Shown here in pieces: positions 49,389-58,585 of a stretch of 64,000 nucleotides of DNA. Each line of letters opens with the position of its first letter. The first letter of the stretch is position 1. The position numbers were made by a program, and so were the translations under genes. The DNA is from Candidatus Woesearchaeota archaeon (GTDB lineage Archaea; Nanobdellota; Nanobdellia; Pacearchaeales; GW2011-AR1): positions 513,050 through 577,049 of the forward strand of contig CAZNJU010000001.1 of the NCBI GenBank assembly GCA_964573625.1, written 5' to 3'. Under the pieces are notes generated by a model that searched no databases, was not told where the DNA came from, and saw only the letters and a list, made by a program, of their open reading frames with translations.

Positions 49389-50138
49389 ATGGCTAAAGTT
49401 GAAAAGAGCCCAGAAGAGTATGGTTATCGATTTGTTAAGTGCGAACCCCCTATAAGGACCGGAAAAGAAAGTAACGCTCTTGCTCAGCGATGGTTAGAGA
49501 CTCAGGATCCTGCTCTGAAAGAACGGCTGGTGATAGGAAATCGTCGCTTTGTAGGTGCGCTAAGTGCACGATTTACATGCTTTCCGCCTATAATGCGTAG
49601 AGATTTAATCGGGGAAGGGTACGTTGGTCTTGTCAAAGCAATAAACAATTATGACGAAGGAGGATCATTTTCAAGTTATGCATTTAAACACATATTCGGA
49701 GGAATGATGGGGTATCTTGCTGCCAATAGAAGGCTGATTAATATTCCGTATCAATTTATTAAAGAAGCACGAGAGACAGGGAAATCTGCTGAAGAAATTG
49801 AGGATCTCGTTCTTAAGCAGGCTAAGAAAACAGATGAGGCACAATATTTCCTTATTGATGAAGTTAAACATACTCTTAGAGCTCCACAGGACTCAGAGGG
49901 AGAGAGACGCGAGCAGTTAGATTTTCTAAGAGAGGCATTCAGTGTTTTATCCCTAAACAAGAATGAACGATTTGTGATTCAAACCAGATATCTTCAAAAT
50001 CGACACGAGGTTCCTACCTTTAGACAGTTAGGAAAAGCAATGAGATTAACAGGAGGACGAGTACAGCAAATACATGCAAGAGCTCTTCGTAAAATAAGAT
50101 GGTATATGGAGAAAAAAAGATATTGCGAAGCTAGCTAG
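49389..50138 (+). CDS. sigma-70 family-like protein (regions 2 and 4)
   Basis: 249 aa. DLIGEGYVGLVKAINNYDEGGSFSSYAFKHIFGGMMGYLAANRRLINIP aligns to sigma-70 region 2.1-2.4 (DLIQEGNIGLMKAVEKFD...FSTYATWWIRQAI...IRIP). The C-terminal FRQLGKAMRLTGGRVQQIHARALRKIR aligns to the region 4.2 HTH (LEEVG..[20 protein letters not shown]). Confidence 0.65.
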   Translation: MAKVEKSPEEYGYRFVKCEPPIRTGKESNALAQRWLETQDPALKERLVIGNRRFVGALSARFTCFPPIMRRDLIGEGYVGLVKAINNYDEGGSFSSYAFKHIFGGMMGYLAANRRLINIPYQFIKEARETGKSAEEIEDLVLKQAKKTDEAQYFLIDEVKHTLRAPQDSEGERREQLDFLREAFSVLSLNKNERFVIQTRYLQNRHEVPTFRQLGKAMRLTGGRVQQIHARALRKIRWYMEKKRYCEAS

Positions 50139-50149
50139 TTAATTAGAGT

Positions 50150-50692
50150 TTATTGACTTAATGTCTTTAGAACATCGGCTTTCGTAATAACTCCCTTGAG
50201 CTTACCTAGAGAACTAACCAATACAAGAGGATAAAATTTGAGTAAAGAAACAATAGCAGATAGCTCTGTAGTGTCTGCAATAATAGGGGGGCTTTCGACC
50301 ATTATATCGAAGGCCTTTTTTGAGCGTGCTGAATCCACGTTTTGCTCTAATATAGCAGACTCGGTAATGAGTCCTAAGACACTATAGTTTTCAATAACGG
50401 GGGCTTGAGAAATGTTATGTTTAGTAAGAAGTTCAATTATTTTTTGTAATGGTGAGTTTCTCGGTATATAGATGATCCCTTCATGCATAATATCTTTAGC
50501 TTTCTTTTCTTCATGTTTCGCTAGATTAGTGATTGCTTCTTCTATTTTTTTAACATAAGAATAGGTAGGGTCAAGCTTGCCCGCCTCTATTTTAGCTATC
50601 ATAGACTGGCTTATGCCTGCTCTTTTGGCAAATTCGTGCTGCGTTAAGTCAAGTTGTTTACGTATTTTCTTTAGATGAGTTATATCAAACAT
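50150..50692 (-). CDS. XRE-family HTH + tandem CBS-domain transcriptional regulator
   Basis: 180 aa. An N-terminal HTH (LTQHEFAKRAGISQSMIAKIEAG) is followed by two CBS repeats. It is divergent from the downstream plus-strand operon. Confidence 0.75.
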   Translation of the reverse strand: MFDITHLKKIRKQLDLTQHEFAKRAGISQSMIAKIEAGKLDPTYSYVKKIEEAITNLAKHEEKKAKDIMHEGIIYIPRNSPLQKIIELLTKHNISQAPVIENYSVLGLITESAILEQNVDSARSKKAFDIMVESPPIIADTTELSAIVSLLKFYPLVLVSSLGKLKGVITKADVLKTLSQ

Positions 50693-50780
50693 AATTATTT
50701 TAAAAAAAGCACCTATATAAATATTCCTATAAGAATAAATTAATCAAGATATTATTTATACATCTGCCCCATATAAGGAT

Positions 50781-51122
50781 ATGGAATTGTTTAAGGATAT
50801 ATCCCCTCTGCCAATTATAAAGGGGCGGCAAGGAAATATTGTAGCAATGGAAATTCGAACTCGCTCGGGGGCAGAGACTCTCTTATTTCAAGAACTAACT
50901 TCAAAAGAGCGTTTAGGAAGAAAATTAATAGGTACGCCTGTTGGAAAAAATCTTGAACATTGTGTCTATCTGGGATTGAAATATCATCCAGGTTTTCCAG
51001 AACAAGCGGCTGCTTTTTATATTGACCAGACACCCGATCCTCTTTTAGAGCAATTAAGGCAGTTTCAACCAGGATCTGTAAAAATTGAATTTTATGCGAG
51101 GGTGGCATCAAAATATGAATAA
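50781..51122 (+). CDS. hypothetical protein (operon gene 1)
   Basis: 113-aa ORF. Confidence 0.45.
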   Translation: MELFKDISPLPIIKGRQGNIVAMEIRTRSGAETLLFQELTSKERLGRKLIGTPVGKNLEHCVYLGLKYHPGFPEQAAAFYIDQTPDPLLEQLRQFQPGSVKIEFYARVASKYE

Positions 51123-51462
51123 TAGAGAATTAAGCGAAAAGGTTTATTTATTTGGTCAAGAAGCTAAAAAGAAAAATTCTTTCTTGGGAGCGCGCATTAT
51201 GGATTCGGTTTCTCGATTACTTGCATATCCCGGTCAACTTGAAGGACTTATTGAGCCTGAAGTAGCTCAGATACGTGGCTTACGGTCAGTTGCCCCATAC
51301 ATCACGAGAGTTATGCAAGGAGAGTCGTATGAATCTATTCTACAGGATATCCCTGCACGTTCTAGACCAACAAGACGAACCTACTCTCATGAAAGAAATG
51401 ACCAAAAAGAATGGGACGGATCCTGGGACAATAGTGTTCGAATCAGAGAAGAGGAGAGCTAA
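51115..51462 (+). CDS. hypothetical protein (operon gene 2)
   Basis: The track ORF is 51085..51462. The likely start is the Met at 51115 (MNNRELSEK...), which overlaps the upstream stop by 8 nt (ATGAATAA). Confidence 0.4.
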   Translation: MNNRELSEKVYLFGQEAKKKNSFLGARIMDSVSRLLAYPGQLEGLIEPEVAQIRGLRSVAPYITRVMQGESYESILQDIPARSRPTRRTYSHERNDQKEWDGSWDNSVRIREEES

Positions 51463-51549
51463 ATCTTACCTCGAGAGCAAAAAGTTATCCCTTAAAAGAA
51501 GCAAAAACTTAAAAAGGCCAATGAGGGGGTTTTATAAGGAAGCACTAAA

Positions 51550-52377
51550 ATGGAAAATACAATTAGCGAACTAAATGATCGTAAAGATAGTCTAGCTCTT
51601 TCTAACTATTCTTCATGGGCAAGTACTAGAGATATAGCGCGTGATCATAAGTTGCGGGACGAAATTGCTGATTTAGCAGAAAAAGGAAGGAATCGAAAAA
51701 ATCGTTTTAAAAAATTACAGGGGTTAAAACTTAGAGACTATAAATATTACAATGAGATAATTTCTTTTATTAAAGAGACTCGACATAAGTATGATCAAAT
51801 AGGAGACGAAAAGTCACTTGAAGGCTTAAAAAGTAACGGTCTTTCTTTTGTGAATCGTTTTAGAGCCAATAAAAAAGAACTTCTAGCAAGAGGCATGGAG
51901 TCGAAAAAAGAATTACAATATTGTAAAAGCTATGTAGAATGGGGATATTTCTTAGGTAGCCTTTATGGAAGTAAATTCATTCCCATGAATATTGGCGATT
52001 TCTTAAATGTTATTGGGCCTGAAGGTATTCTGAGCCCTAGAAAAATGAGTGAACGACTCAATCAAGATCGGGCACTATTTGAAATTAAGAAAAAAGAAAT
52101 TAGAGTTTCGTTCGAGTCACGTTTCGACGATTATATCGAGTACATGATGAGTATAAATCCTCAAGGAAAATCTCCTATAGCGCGAGTCAGCGCATATAAT
52201 GCGTTAGAAGAGGCGGTTACTAAATATCAAATTAACTCTTCTAACTTAGATTCTCATCTTAAAATTGCTTTGCAACATATTGATTGGGGATTGCGTGAAG
52301 GGTATAAATCATTACAGCCGAGGTCAATAAATGAAGTAAAAACTCGTGAAATAATTAGGGGAGAACTTATAGCATAA
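51550..52377 (+). CDS. hypothetical protein (operon gene 3)
   Basis: 275-aa ORF. Confidence 0.45.
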   Translation: MENTISELNDRKDSLALSNYSSWASTRDIARDHKLRDEIADLAEKGRNRKNRFKKLQGLKLRDYKYYNEIISFIKETRHKYDQIGDEKSLEGLKSNGLSFVNRFRANKKELLARGMESKKELQYCKSYVEWGYFLGSLYGSKFIPMNIGDFLNVIGPEGILSPRKMSERLNQDRALFEIKKKEIRVSFESRFDDYIEYMMSINPQGKSPIARVSAYNALEEAVTKYQINSSNLDSHLKIALQHIDWGLREGYKSLQPRSINEVKTREIIRGELIA

Positions 52378-52814
52378 TGGTAAATCAACAAAATTTTAGA
52401 AAAAACGTCTTGACCGTAGCTCAAAGACACTTGTCATATATACTAACAGACGAAAAACTCGGCCTTAATTCAAGAAATTATAATAAAAAGAGAGCCTTAG
52501 AGTTTTACGCCTCCGCTTTAACTGCTGCAGGGATGCCTGAGGCGATTCAGGACTTATACGATTTGGAAAGTAAGGCAAAAGTTAGTGTCGCCTCCTCAAA
52601 ATATAAATTGCAGAATGTCTTTCATGTTCTAGGCATTAAAGATAATGTGACTATTTTTGAAGTTCTTGAATTTACCTCAAGTCAAGTAGAAAGAAGAAAT
52701 TCTCCTCGAGGAATGGAATTTATGGTAAACGAAAATGCAGTAGAAAAGATTATCGATTTTCTTAATAAAAAATCTAAAATGGACTATACAAATTTAGGAG
52801 GTAGTGGAAAATGA
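52377..52814 (+). CDS. hypothetical protein (operon gene 4)
   Basis: 145-aa ORF with a TAATG overlap to the upstream gene. Confidence 0.45.
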   Translation: MVNQQNFRKNVLTVAQRHLSYILTDEKLGLNSRNYNKKRALEFYASALTAAGMPEAIQDLYDLESKAKVSVASSKYKLQNVFHVLGIKDNVTIFEVLEFTSSQVERRNSPRGMEFMVNENAVEKIIDFLNKKSKMDYTNLGGSGK

Positions 52815-53623
52815 TTCATGGAAATATTTTAGATATGTTTTCTCCAGAAGATTTGACTGATAAGTCTCAGGGTAAAAATGCTAATGAAAGATTAGCTCCC
52901 CGTTATCGACGTAGTTACTCGGCAAGTCCAGTGAATATTCTTATTAGGGCAGAAGAAAGTGATCATTTGAGGAACTTAACTGTAAATCTTAGAGACTTCT
53001 TGCGTGAAAACATGAATATGGCCCAATATGGATTTCTACATAAATTACTCGGCAAGAATTGGAGCGAGAGATTACGCCTTCCCCTAGAATTTAGGGATAT
53101 GGCTTGTGAGGAATTTATGGTTTTTATCAATGAACGCTTGGGGGAAATACAGGAAAAAGTTGAAATCTTACGCGAACATTACGATAATACTGGATTTGAC
53201 GGGCGTTCAGTCCCAATACAGGAATTCATTCAAGTTCCGTTTAATATGGCTTCGAGGGATAAAATTCTCAAAACCTATGAAGACGTTCGCCAGGGAAAGA
53301 CGTCACGATACCCTTATGCTTTCTTCCACCCTAGAAATACAAGAGTGCCAAAGATTCTTACCCGCCATTTAGTCGATGATATCTTAGGTTTACCTCATAC
53401 GGAATCCCTTCCAGACAAGTTAAGACCCTCTCACTTTAGTGAATATCAATTAGGAGGAATGCTAGGGCAGTATTTTCGCGGTAATATCGAAAGAGCATTA
53501 CAACACGCGTACAGTCTAGAAGAATTCCCTCAATTGTATAGAAGAGGATATCAAACAAGGGATGTGCTGCACGAGGTATTCCAAGGCCTCAATAATAAAC
53601 TACGGGAAAAAAAGAATGAATAA
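52811..53623 (+). CDS. hypothetical protein (operon gene 5)
   Basis: 270-aa ORF with an ATGA overlap to the upstream gene. Confidence 0.45.
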   Translation: MIHGNILDMFSPEDLTDKSQGKNANERLAPRYRRSYSASPVNILIRAEESDHLRNLTVNLRDFLRENMNMAQYGFLHKLLGKNWSERLRLPLEFRDMACEEFMVFINERLGEIQEKVEILREHYDNTGFDGRSVPIQEFIQVPFNMASRDKILKTYEDVRQGKTSRYPYAFFHPRNTRVPKILTRHLVDDILGLPHTESLPDKLRPSHFSEYQLGGMLGQYFRGNIERALQHAYSLEEFPQLYRRGYQTRDVLHEVFQGLNNKLREKKNE

Positions 53624-56600
53624 TCAACAACTACTTGCTCGATTTACAATTCCTGAGCTTAAAGCAGCAGCAGACCTAAAGAAATATACAGTTAACTTGA
53701 AGAAAAAATTTAAGAGGGCTGAAAAGAAAAACTCAACAAAGCTTAGAGAAATAGCTACGCTGGAAATTGAAGAAGAAATAAAAAGAAGGAAAAGCGAACC
53801 GGATTATAATCCTTTTTTTGACGATGTATCTACCACAGAGATAATTTCAGAATTAGAAGAAAGACTTCTTAAGCCAGATTCTGTAACGGGTAGACTTAAT
53901 TTGAAGGCAATTCACTCTTTCATCCAAGGGTCATATTATGAAGGCAAAATTTCCCCCAAATTGGAACATCATCACCCTCGCTCAGAATATAGGGCCAAGT
54001 CTAAATCTCTTGTTTCTAGTAATGCAGTAGAAGATGATTTACAAAAAGTGATAGATGAACAGAGAAAAGATGCTCGGTTAGCGAACAATCCTTTTTTAGC
54101 TTATTTTATCGCCAGGGATGTCCAAGGATCAAATATATGGAATAAATTTGGTTTAAGGGGTTTGTTGAGAGAAGTCAAAGAGCGCACAGGATTGGCACCA
54201 GTCTCTTGGAAAGGGGGGGCCATGTCCTATGACGGATTTTTTACGCTTCAAGAGATCTTAACTAAAGACATAAAATCTGGAGAATTCAAGTATTTTGTTC
54301 CTCAAGGAGTTTATTTGATGGCGCAAGACTTACAAAAAAGAGGAACAAAACTTAATGTTTCTGTAACCTCTTTCAATTTAAATTCAAGGAAAAAACTAGC
54401 TGCTCTTTTAGAAGAAGATGAGTCTAAGATAAAAAGAGATTGGAAACCGCACAGATTTGACATGACTTTAGACGCAATAGAAACTTCTCTTGATTTTATG
54501 AGGAGGAAATATCAAGAGAATCCAGATGCATTTTTCGAAAGATACGGCTCTCCTCAAGGAACTAATAATCTAGTTGAGGATATGAAGCCAGAACGCGAAT
54601 TTAAAACTAATCTTAGAAAAGTTCATACTCTGCTTGGAGATGGCGAATCTCTTTCCAAAATGCTTGACATAGAAGATGAGCGATTTAAGACGAAATGGAA
54701 CCCTTCGGTAATCCAGATATCTCCTTCTGAGCTAGAGGTTGTAAGGGATATTTTGCATCGTTCATTGAATGAGGATAAAAATAAATTTTATGCCGTTTAT
54801 GGTTCTGCTTTCGGCACTGTTATTCTCAGTAAGGAGCTTGCAACAAAGGGATTGGATATCAGTCCCGCAAGATTATCTTCTGTTTTGGTTAATACGGATA
54901 AAGCTTCAAGCATTCTTGGAATTAGGGATGATGAATTTGAAAAAAGGTGGAATGTCAAAGAGTTTAGCGATGAATATCCTATTTTCGATACCACAATGAA
55001 AAGACTTAAAGAGGCTTATAATAAAGATCCCGATACATTCTTTTCTCGTTATGGTTGTGATATAGGGGCCTTCAATGTCGCTCAAGACCTCAAAGGGCAA
55101 GGGGGTGAAAAGTCAATTAAAATGCAAGTTGTTTCCAGAATTATAAGGGAAGGACAACTTATTTCACGTATTTTAGACATTAATGATGATCGGTTCAAGA
55201 CTCACTGGCACCCATCACAAATAGTTCCAGATTACGATGATGCCGAAAAAGTATTAGAATTTATGCGCGCCAAGCACAAAAAAAACCCAGATGCGTTTTT
55301 TGGAAGGTATGGTTCTAAACTCGGGCTCTATTATTTGATGAAAGATTTAAGCGACGTACCTGAATTGAGAACGAAACCAGATCAAAATTTAAAAGGTATT
55401 GCTTATTCCGGAGAAAGATTGTCCCGTTTACTTGGAATTAAAGATACAAGATTTTCAAGCGCATGGCATCCTCGAAGTCTAACGCTTAATTCACAGCAAG
55501 TCGATCAAGTTGGAGAATTTCTTAAGGACAAATATGATTCTAATCCTAAATCTTTCTTTAAACGATACGGAGCAGAAGACGGGCTTTTACAACTATCGCG
55601 AGATTTGGAAGAAGAGCAAGGCGTTAGATTATCTTCAAGTAGGTTAGGAAATATACTTATGGATGTCGAGGCTACACAACAGCTAATCGGAATAAATGAC
55701 CCTAATTTTGATAGTAAATGGAATATTCGTTCAATTCAGGTTAAAAACGGTATCCCCGATCAAGTTGGAGAATTTCTGAGAACTCAGTATGATCAAGATC
55801 CAACACGCTTCTTTGTGCGCTATGGTGGAAAGACTGGCCAAGTTTTAATGTTAGAAGATCTTCGTAAAACTGGCATTAAAATCCCCCTTATGCAATTAGG
55901 GTCACTAATTGGAAAGTCAAGTCTTGTTTCTAGATTAACTGGCATCCCCGAGTCTGAATTTGAAGGACGTTGGAGAAGCAGGCATGTTGGAATGAAAAGA
56001 ACTCATATTTCAAGAATTACAGATATATTAACAAATGCTTATCACGAAGATCCAGAGTTGTTTTTCGAAAGATACGGTGGGAAAGAAGGAATAGTCAACT
56101 TAGCCGAGCGGCTCAAAGAAGACGATGTTCATCCCAATTTACACTTCATATCAAATCTCATTGGAGATCCAGAGACCGTACAGGAGTTAATGAAGGTTGA
56201 AGATGATAGATTCCTTGGTGAATGGGCTCCTAGGAAGGTCAGTATATCTTCGCGACAATTAAGACCTACTATTGATTTCTTACGACGTTCCTATTTCGCT
56301 GACAGTAAAAGATTCTTTGATCGATACGGGTCTAGGGCAGGAATCTATAATTTGGCAATTGATTTAAATGAAGGGGGCATGTTGGCAAGTGGAGATATGG
56401 AGAGAATATACGATTTAGTTGCTCGGCCTTCCATTCAAGAAGTTTTAGGTATTCGCGATCCGAAATTTGGTGAAAAGTGGAATCCTGCTAACATTCCTCT
56501 CAATCTCAATGAGTTCCGTGCTATTTCTACTCATCTTAAGGAGCAATTCGATAAAAATCCAGATACCTTTTTCGATTATTATAGAAAGCCTTTAAGATCG

Positions 56601-57440
56601 ATTATATTAGGTAAGGAAGCTGAAGCCTTAGGTATCAATGAGAATCCTCCTGTTTTTTCAGTAATTTTAAATGATGGTAAATTTGTTGGAGAATTAGTGG
56701 GATCTGCTGATAAACGATTTGCAGACACCTGGCCTCGTAAAGCTTATGTAATGCTACAGGGAGCTTATCCGACCATGAAGAATATGGAGCAATCTATTGG
56801 CCAAGGATTAGAAAGGATGGCTGAAAGTTGCAGTTTACCTTCTATGGGTAGTCCATTAGGTAAAGATGAAAGAGAATATCTCGCTTTACGATATGGTCTA
56901 CGCATGGTTAATGAGAACACAGCACACCATGTTGTTGAATTGTATGCAGGTGCCAAACAAAAAGCAATTAAGAAAAATATTAAAGAAATACTTACACAAG
57001 ACGCCAAAGATATGAGAGAGTTATCTTCTATTAAAAACTTCAAAGAAGTTTCAGAATTTGGTGATGAGGCATTTACTAATTTAGCAGGACATTTGCTTTA
57101 TAGTTTTGACCCGTCTATTAGAGCAGCTGCAGGACATAAAATTCTTGAACTATATACTCCTACCTTTCAACGAATAATTGCTAATCGCAACATTCCAGAT
57201 ATCTCAAAAGGATATGATACGTTTAGTAAATACTGTGAAAACTTTGATATGTATGCTATTAAGTTTGGAGGGCTAAAGGAGAGAAAGCAGGTATGCCCCG
57301 TACCCTTGCCTGGTAGAGTATACAGTATTATTCAATCTATTGGAAGTGGTCGCTACTATGATTGGAGCGATAATGTGATGAGATCTCTAGATGTTAACGA
57401 TGATAAAGAAGGAGGTTATCTTCACGAAATAATTAGTTAA
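53616..57440 (+). CDS. giant tandem-repeat protein (about ten ~85-aa repeats + unique C-terminal domain)
   Basis: The track ORF is 53562..57440 (1292 aa). The likely start is the Met at 53616 (MNNQQLL...), an ATGAATAA overlap like gene 2. Repeats recur with the core pattern [LI]G[IV]xDxxFxxxWxP ...(~40 aa)... NPDxFFxRYGxxxG. Confidence 0.6.
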   Translation: MNNQQLLARFTIPELKAAADLKKYTVNLKKKFKRAEKKNSTKLREIATLEIEEEIKRRKSEPDYNPFFDDVSTTEIISELEERLLKPDSVTGRLNLKAIHSFIQGSYYEGKISPKLEHHHPRSEYRAKSKSLVSSNAVEDDLQKVIDEQRKDARLANNPFLAYFIARDVQGSNIWNKFGLRGLLREVKERTGLAPVSWKGGAMSYDGFFTLQEILTKDIKSGEFKYFVPQGVYLMAQDLQKRGTKLNVSVTSFNLNSRKKLAALLEEDESKIKRDWKPHRFDMTLDAIETSLDFMRRKYQENPDAFFERYGSPQGTNNLVEDMKPEREFKTNLRKVHTLLGDGESLSKMLDIEDERFKTKWNPSVIQISPSELEVVRDILHRSLNEDKNKFYAVYGSAFGTVILSKELATKGLDISPARLSSVLVNTDKASSILGIRDDEFEKRWNVKEFSDEYPIFDTTMKRLKEAYNKDPDTFFSRYGCDIGAFNVAQDLKGQGGEKSIKMQVVSRIIREGQLISRILDINDDRFKTHWHPSQIVPDYDDAEKVLEFMRAKHKKNPDAFFGRYGSKLGLYYLMKDLSDVPELRTKPDQNLKGIAYSGERLSRLLGIKDTRFSSAWHPRSLTLNSQQVDQVGEFLKDKYDSNPKSFFKRYGAEDGLLQLSRDLEEEQGVRLSSSRLGNILMDVEATQQLIGINDPNFDSKWNIRSIQVKNGIPDQVGEFLRTQYDQDPTRFFVRYGGKTGQVLMLEDLRKTGIKIPLMQLGSLIGKSSLVSRLTGIPESEFEGRWRSRHVGMKRTHISRITDILTNAYHEDPELFFERYGGKEGIVNLAERLKEDDVHPNLHFISNLIGDPETVQELMKVEDDRFLGEWAPRKVSISSRQLRPTIDFLRRSYFADSKRFFDRYGSRAGIYNLAIDLNEGGMLASGDMERIYDLVARPSIQEVLGIRDPKFGEKWNPANIPLNLNEFRAISTHLKEQFDKNPDTFFDYYRKPLRSIILGKEAEALGINENPPVFSVILNDGKFVGELVGSADKRFADTWPRKAYVMLQGAYPTMKNMEQSIGQGLERMAESCSLPSMGSPLGKDEREYLALRYGLRMVNENTAHHVVELYAGAKQKAIKKNIKEILTQDAKDMRELSSIKNFKEVSEFGDEAFTNLAGHLLYSFDPSIRAAAGHKILELYTPTFQRIIANRNIPDISKGYDTFSKYCENFDMYAIKFGGLKERKQVCPVPLPGRVYSIIQSIGSGRYYDWSDNVMRSLDVNDDKEGGYLHEIIS
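54430..56950 (+). repeat. intragenic tandem repeat array (~255-bp period, ~10 copies, diverged)
   Basis: The protein-level repeats (e.g. LDIEDERFKTKWNP, LGIRDDEFEKRWN, LDINDDRFKTHWHP, LGIKDTRFSSAWHP, IGINDPNFDSKWN, TGIPESEFEGRWR, MKVEDDRFLGEWAP, LGIRDPKFGEKWNP, VGSADKRFADTWP) map at ~250-260-bp spacing. They are diverged at the DNA level. Confidence 0.6.
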
Positions 57441-57441
57441 T

Positions 57442-57972
57442 ATGTCAAAAAAACCTAAAAGTCTTAGACGTCAAGTGGTTGAACAATATTTTTCTTACAT
57501 TGAAGGAGACCAGACGTTACAACAAGGAGCATTTAATAAAGCGATTGCTGAAGGCGCAACTCTATTCCTTGAAATAGGAAGTTTATACAGAGATTCCTCT
57601 CTAGCAGAATATATCATGGGAAGACGTCCAATGGAAACGACTGCGAATCAATCGTATTCGCCGACCCCCGATGCGGCAATAGGGCAGGAGTCAAGGCAAG
57701 TCGTTTCAAGAAAGAAGCCTCCTCGAACTCACACTGCAAAAAAAGTATGGGTCGAGGTTGTGCAAGAAAAGGAACTATTAGCTGAGCCAGGATTTAATTC
57801 ACTGGAAGGAGTTATGAAAAGACTGGGAATAGATAGAAAAATACTGACACGAATTCTTGAAGAAACTCATTTCTGCATTGAACAACGCACATACGGTGGA
57901 AGACAACTTGAAGGTATTTCCGACTCAACGTATGAACAAGTCAGGAAATATGTAAGAAGAACACGCTCGTAA
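57442..57972 (+). CDS. hypothetical protein (operon gene 7)
   Basis: 176-aa ORF starting 1 nt after the giant gene stop. Confidence 0.45.
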   Translation: MSKKPKSLRRQVVEQYFSYIEGDQTLQQGAFNKAIAEGATLFLEIGSLYRDSSLAEYIMGRRPMETTANQSYSPTPDAAIGQESRQVVSRKKPPRTHTAKKVWVEVVQEKELLAEPGFNSLEGVMKRLGIDRKILTRILEETHFCIEQRTYGGRQLEGISDSTYEQVRKYVRRTRS

Positions 57973-58170
57973 AGTTAATATTGGCCATGTTATTGAGGCA
58001 CTGGAAATCCAATATACTGGGGATTATTAATGCCTTTAAATTTACTATCCTTAAGAATTCGATCTATCGCCTCTACTTTCTAAGTCTTGACTTTCAATTT
58101 CTCTAGCTTGCTGAGCATATTTTCATACTACTCCCAACTATTATTTAAGGCTATTGTACTGGCTTTTTGA

Positions 58171-58575
58171 TCAGGGCAGGTCTCCATTATAAGATATAAG
58201 CTCCTCGAGTTTTAAGAAAGCTTTCAATAAACCTTCCCTAATGTGTTTTGGCAAACCGGTGCTTTTTTCCACATACCTTTTGTTCTGAGCCATAGCAATA
58301 ATCGCTCTTCGGTCGCCTTGTTCACCCTTACCTTCCTTCCAAACATATATGTCCCTATAGCTTTCTAGACTATAAACCGATAGATAACTTCCATCCATAT
58401 AAAAACGTAAAGCTTTATCGTTTTGAAATTCATAAGCTAACTCTTCTGAGTCTCCAAAGAGCGGATGCTGAGTTATTTTAATGGTTACTTCTGGAAGTTG
58501 GTGTGAGAACGTTTGTATTCTTTTATCAGATGTTGAATCATCTTTATTTTCGGTCCAACGGTAAGAATTTTCCAT
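58171..58575 (-). CDS. hypothetical protein
   Basis: 134-aa ORF. Confidence 0.4.
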   Translation of the reverse strand: MENSYRWTENKDDSTSDKRIQTFSHQLPEVTIKITQHPLFGDSEELAYEFQNDKALRFYMDGSYLSVYSLESYRDIYVWKEGKGEQGDRRAIIAMAQNKRYVEKSTGLPKHIREGLLKAFLKLEELISYNGDLP

Positions 58576-58585
58576 AGAAGGTTAC

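Larger units (their letters stand above)
40544..50700. mobile_element. putative integrated element (integrase-proximal island; right boundary undetermined)
   Basis: A tRNA-fragment/integrase junction at the left end is followed by toxin-antitoxin-like, RHH, orphan and sigma-like cargo. No terminal direct repeat was located by eye. Confidence 0.3.

Noticed and set aside
49389-50138. Alternative reading of the sigma-like protein as an archaeal TFB/TFE-type factor
   Set aside because: It has no N-terminal zinc ribbon or cyclin-fold repeats. The region 2 and region 4.2 similarities are specific to sigma-70.
51275-51574. 99-aa ORF overlapping operon genes 2 and 3 in another frame
   Set aside because: It overlaps two coupled genes. 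No independent support was found.
54430-56950. The intragenic ~255-bp periodicity as a CRISPR array or satellite
   Set aside because: The units are long, in-frame and protein-coding, and diverged at the nucleotide level; there are no short identical direct repeats with unique spacers. No CRISPR-like array was seen elsewhere in the window.
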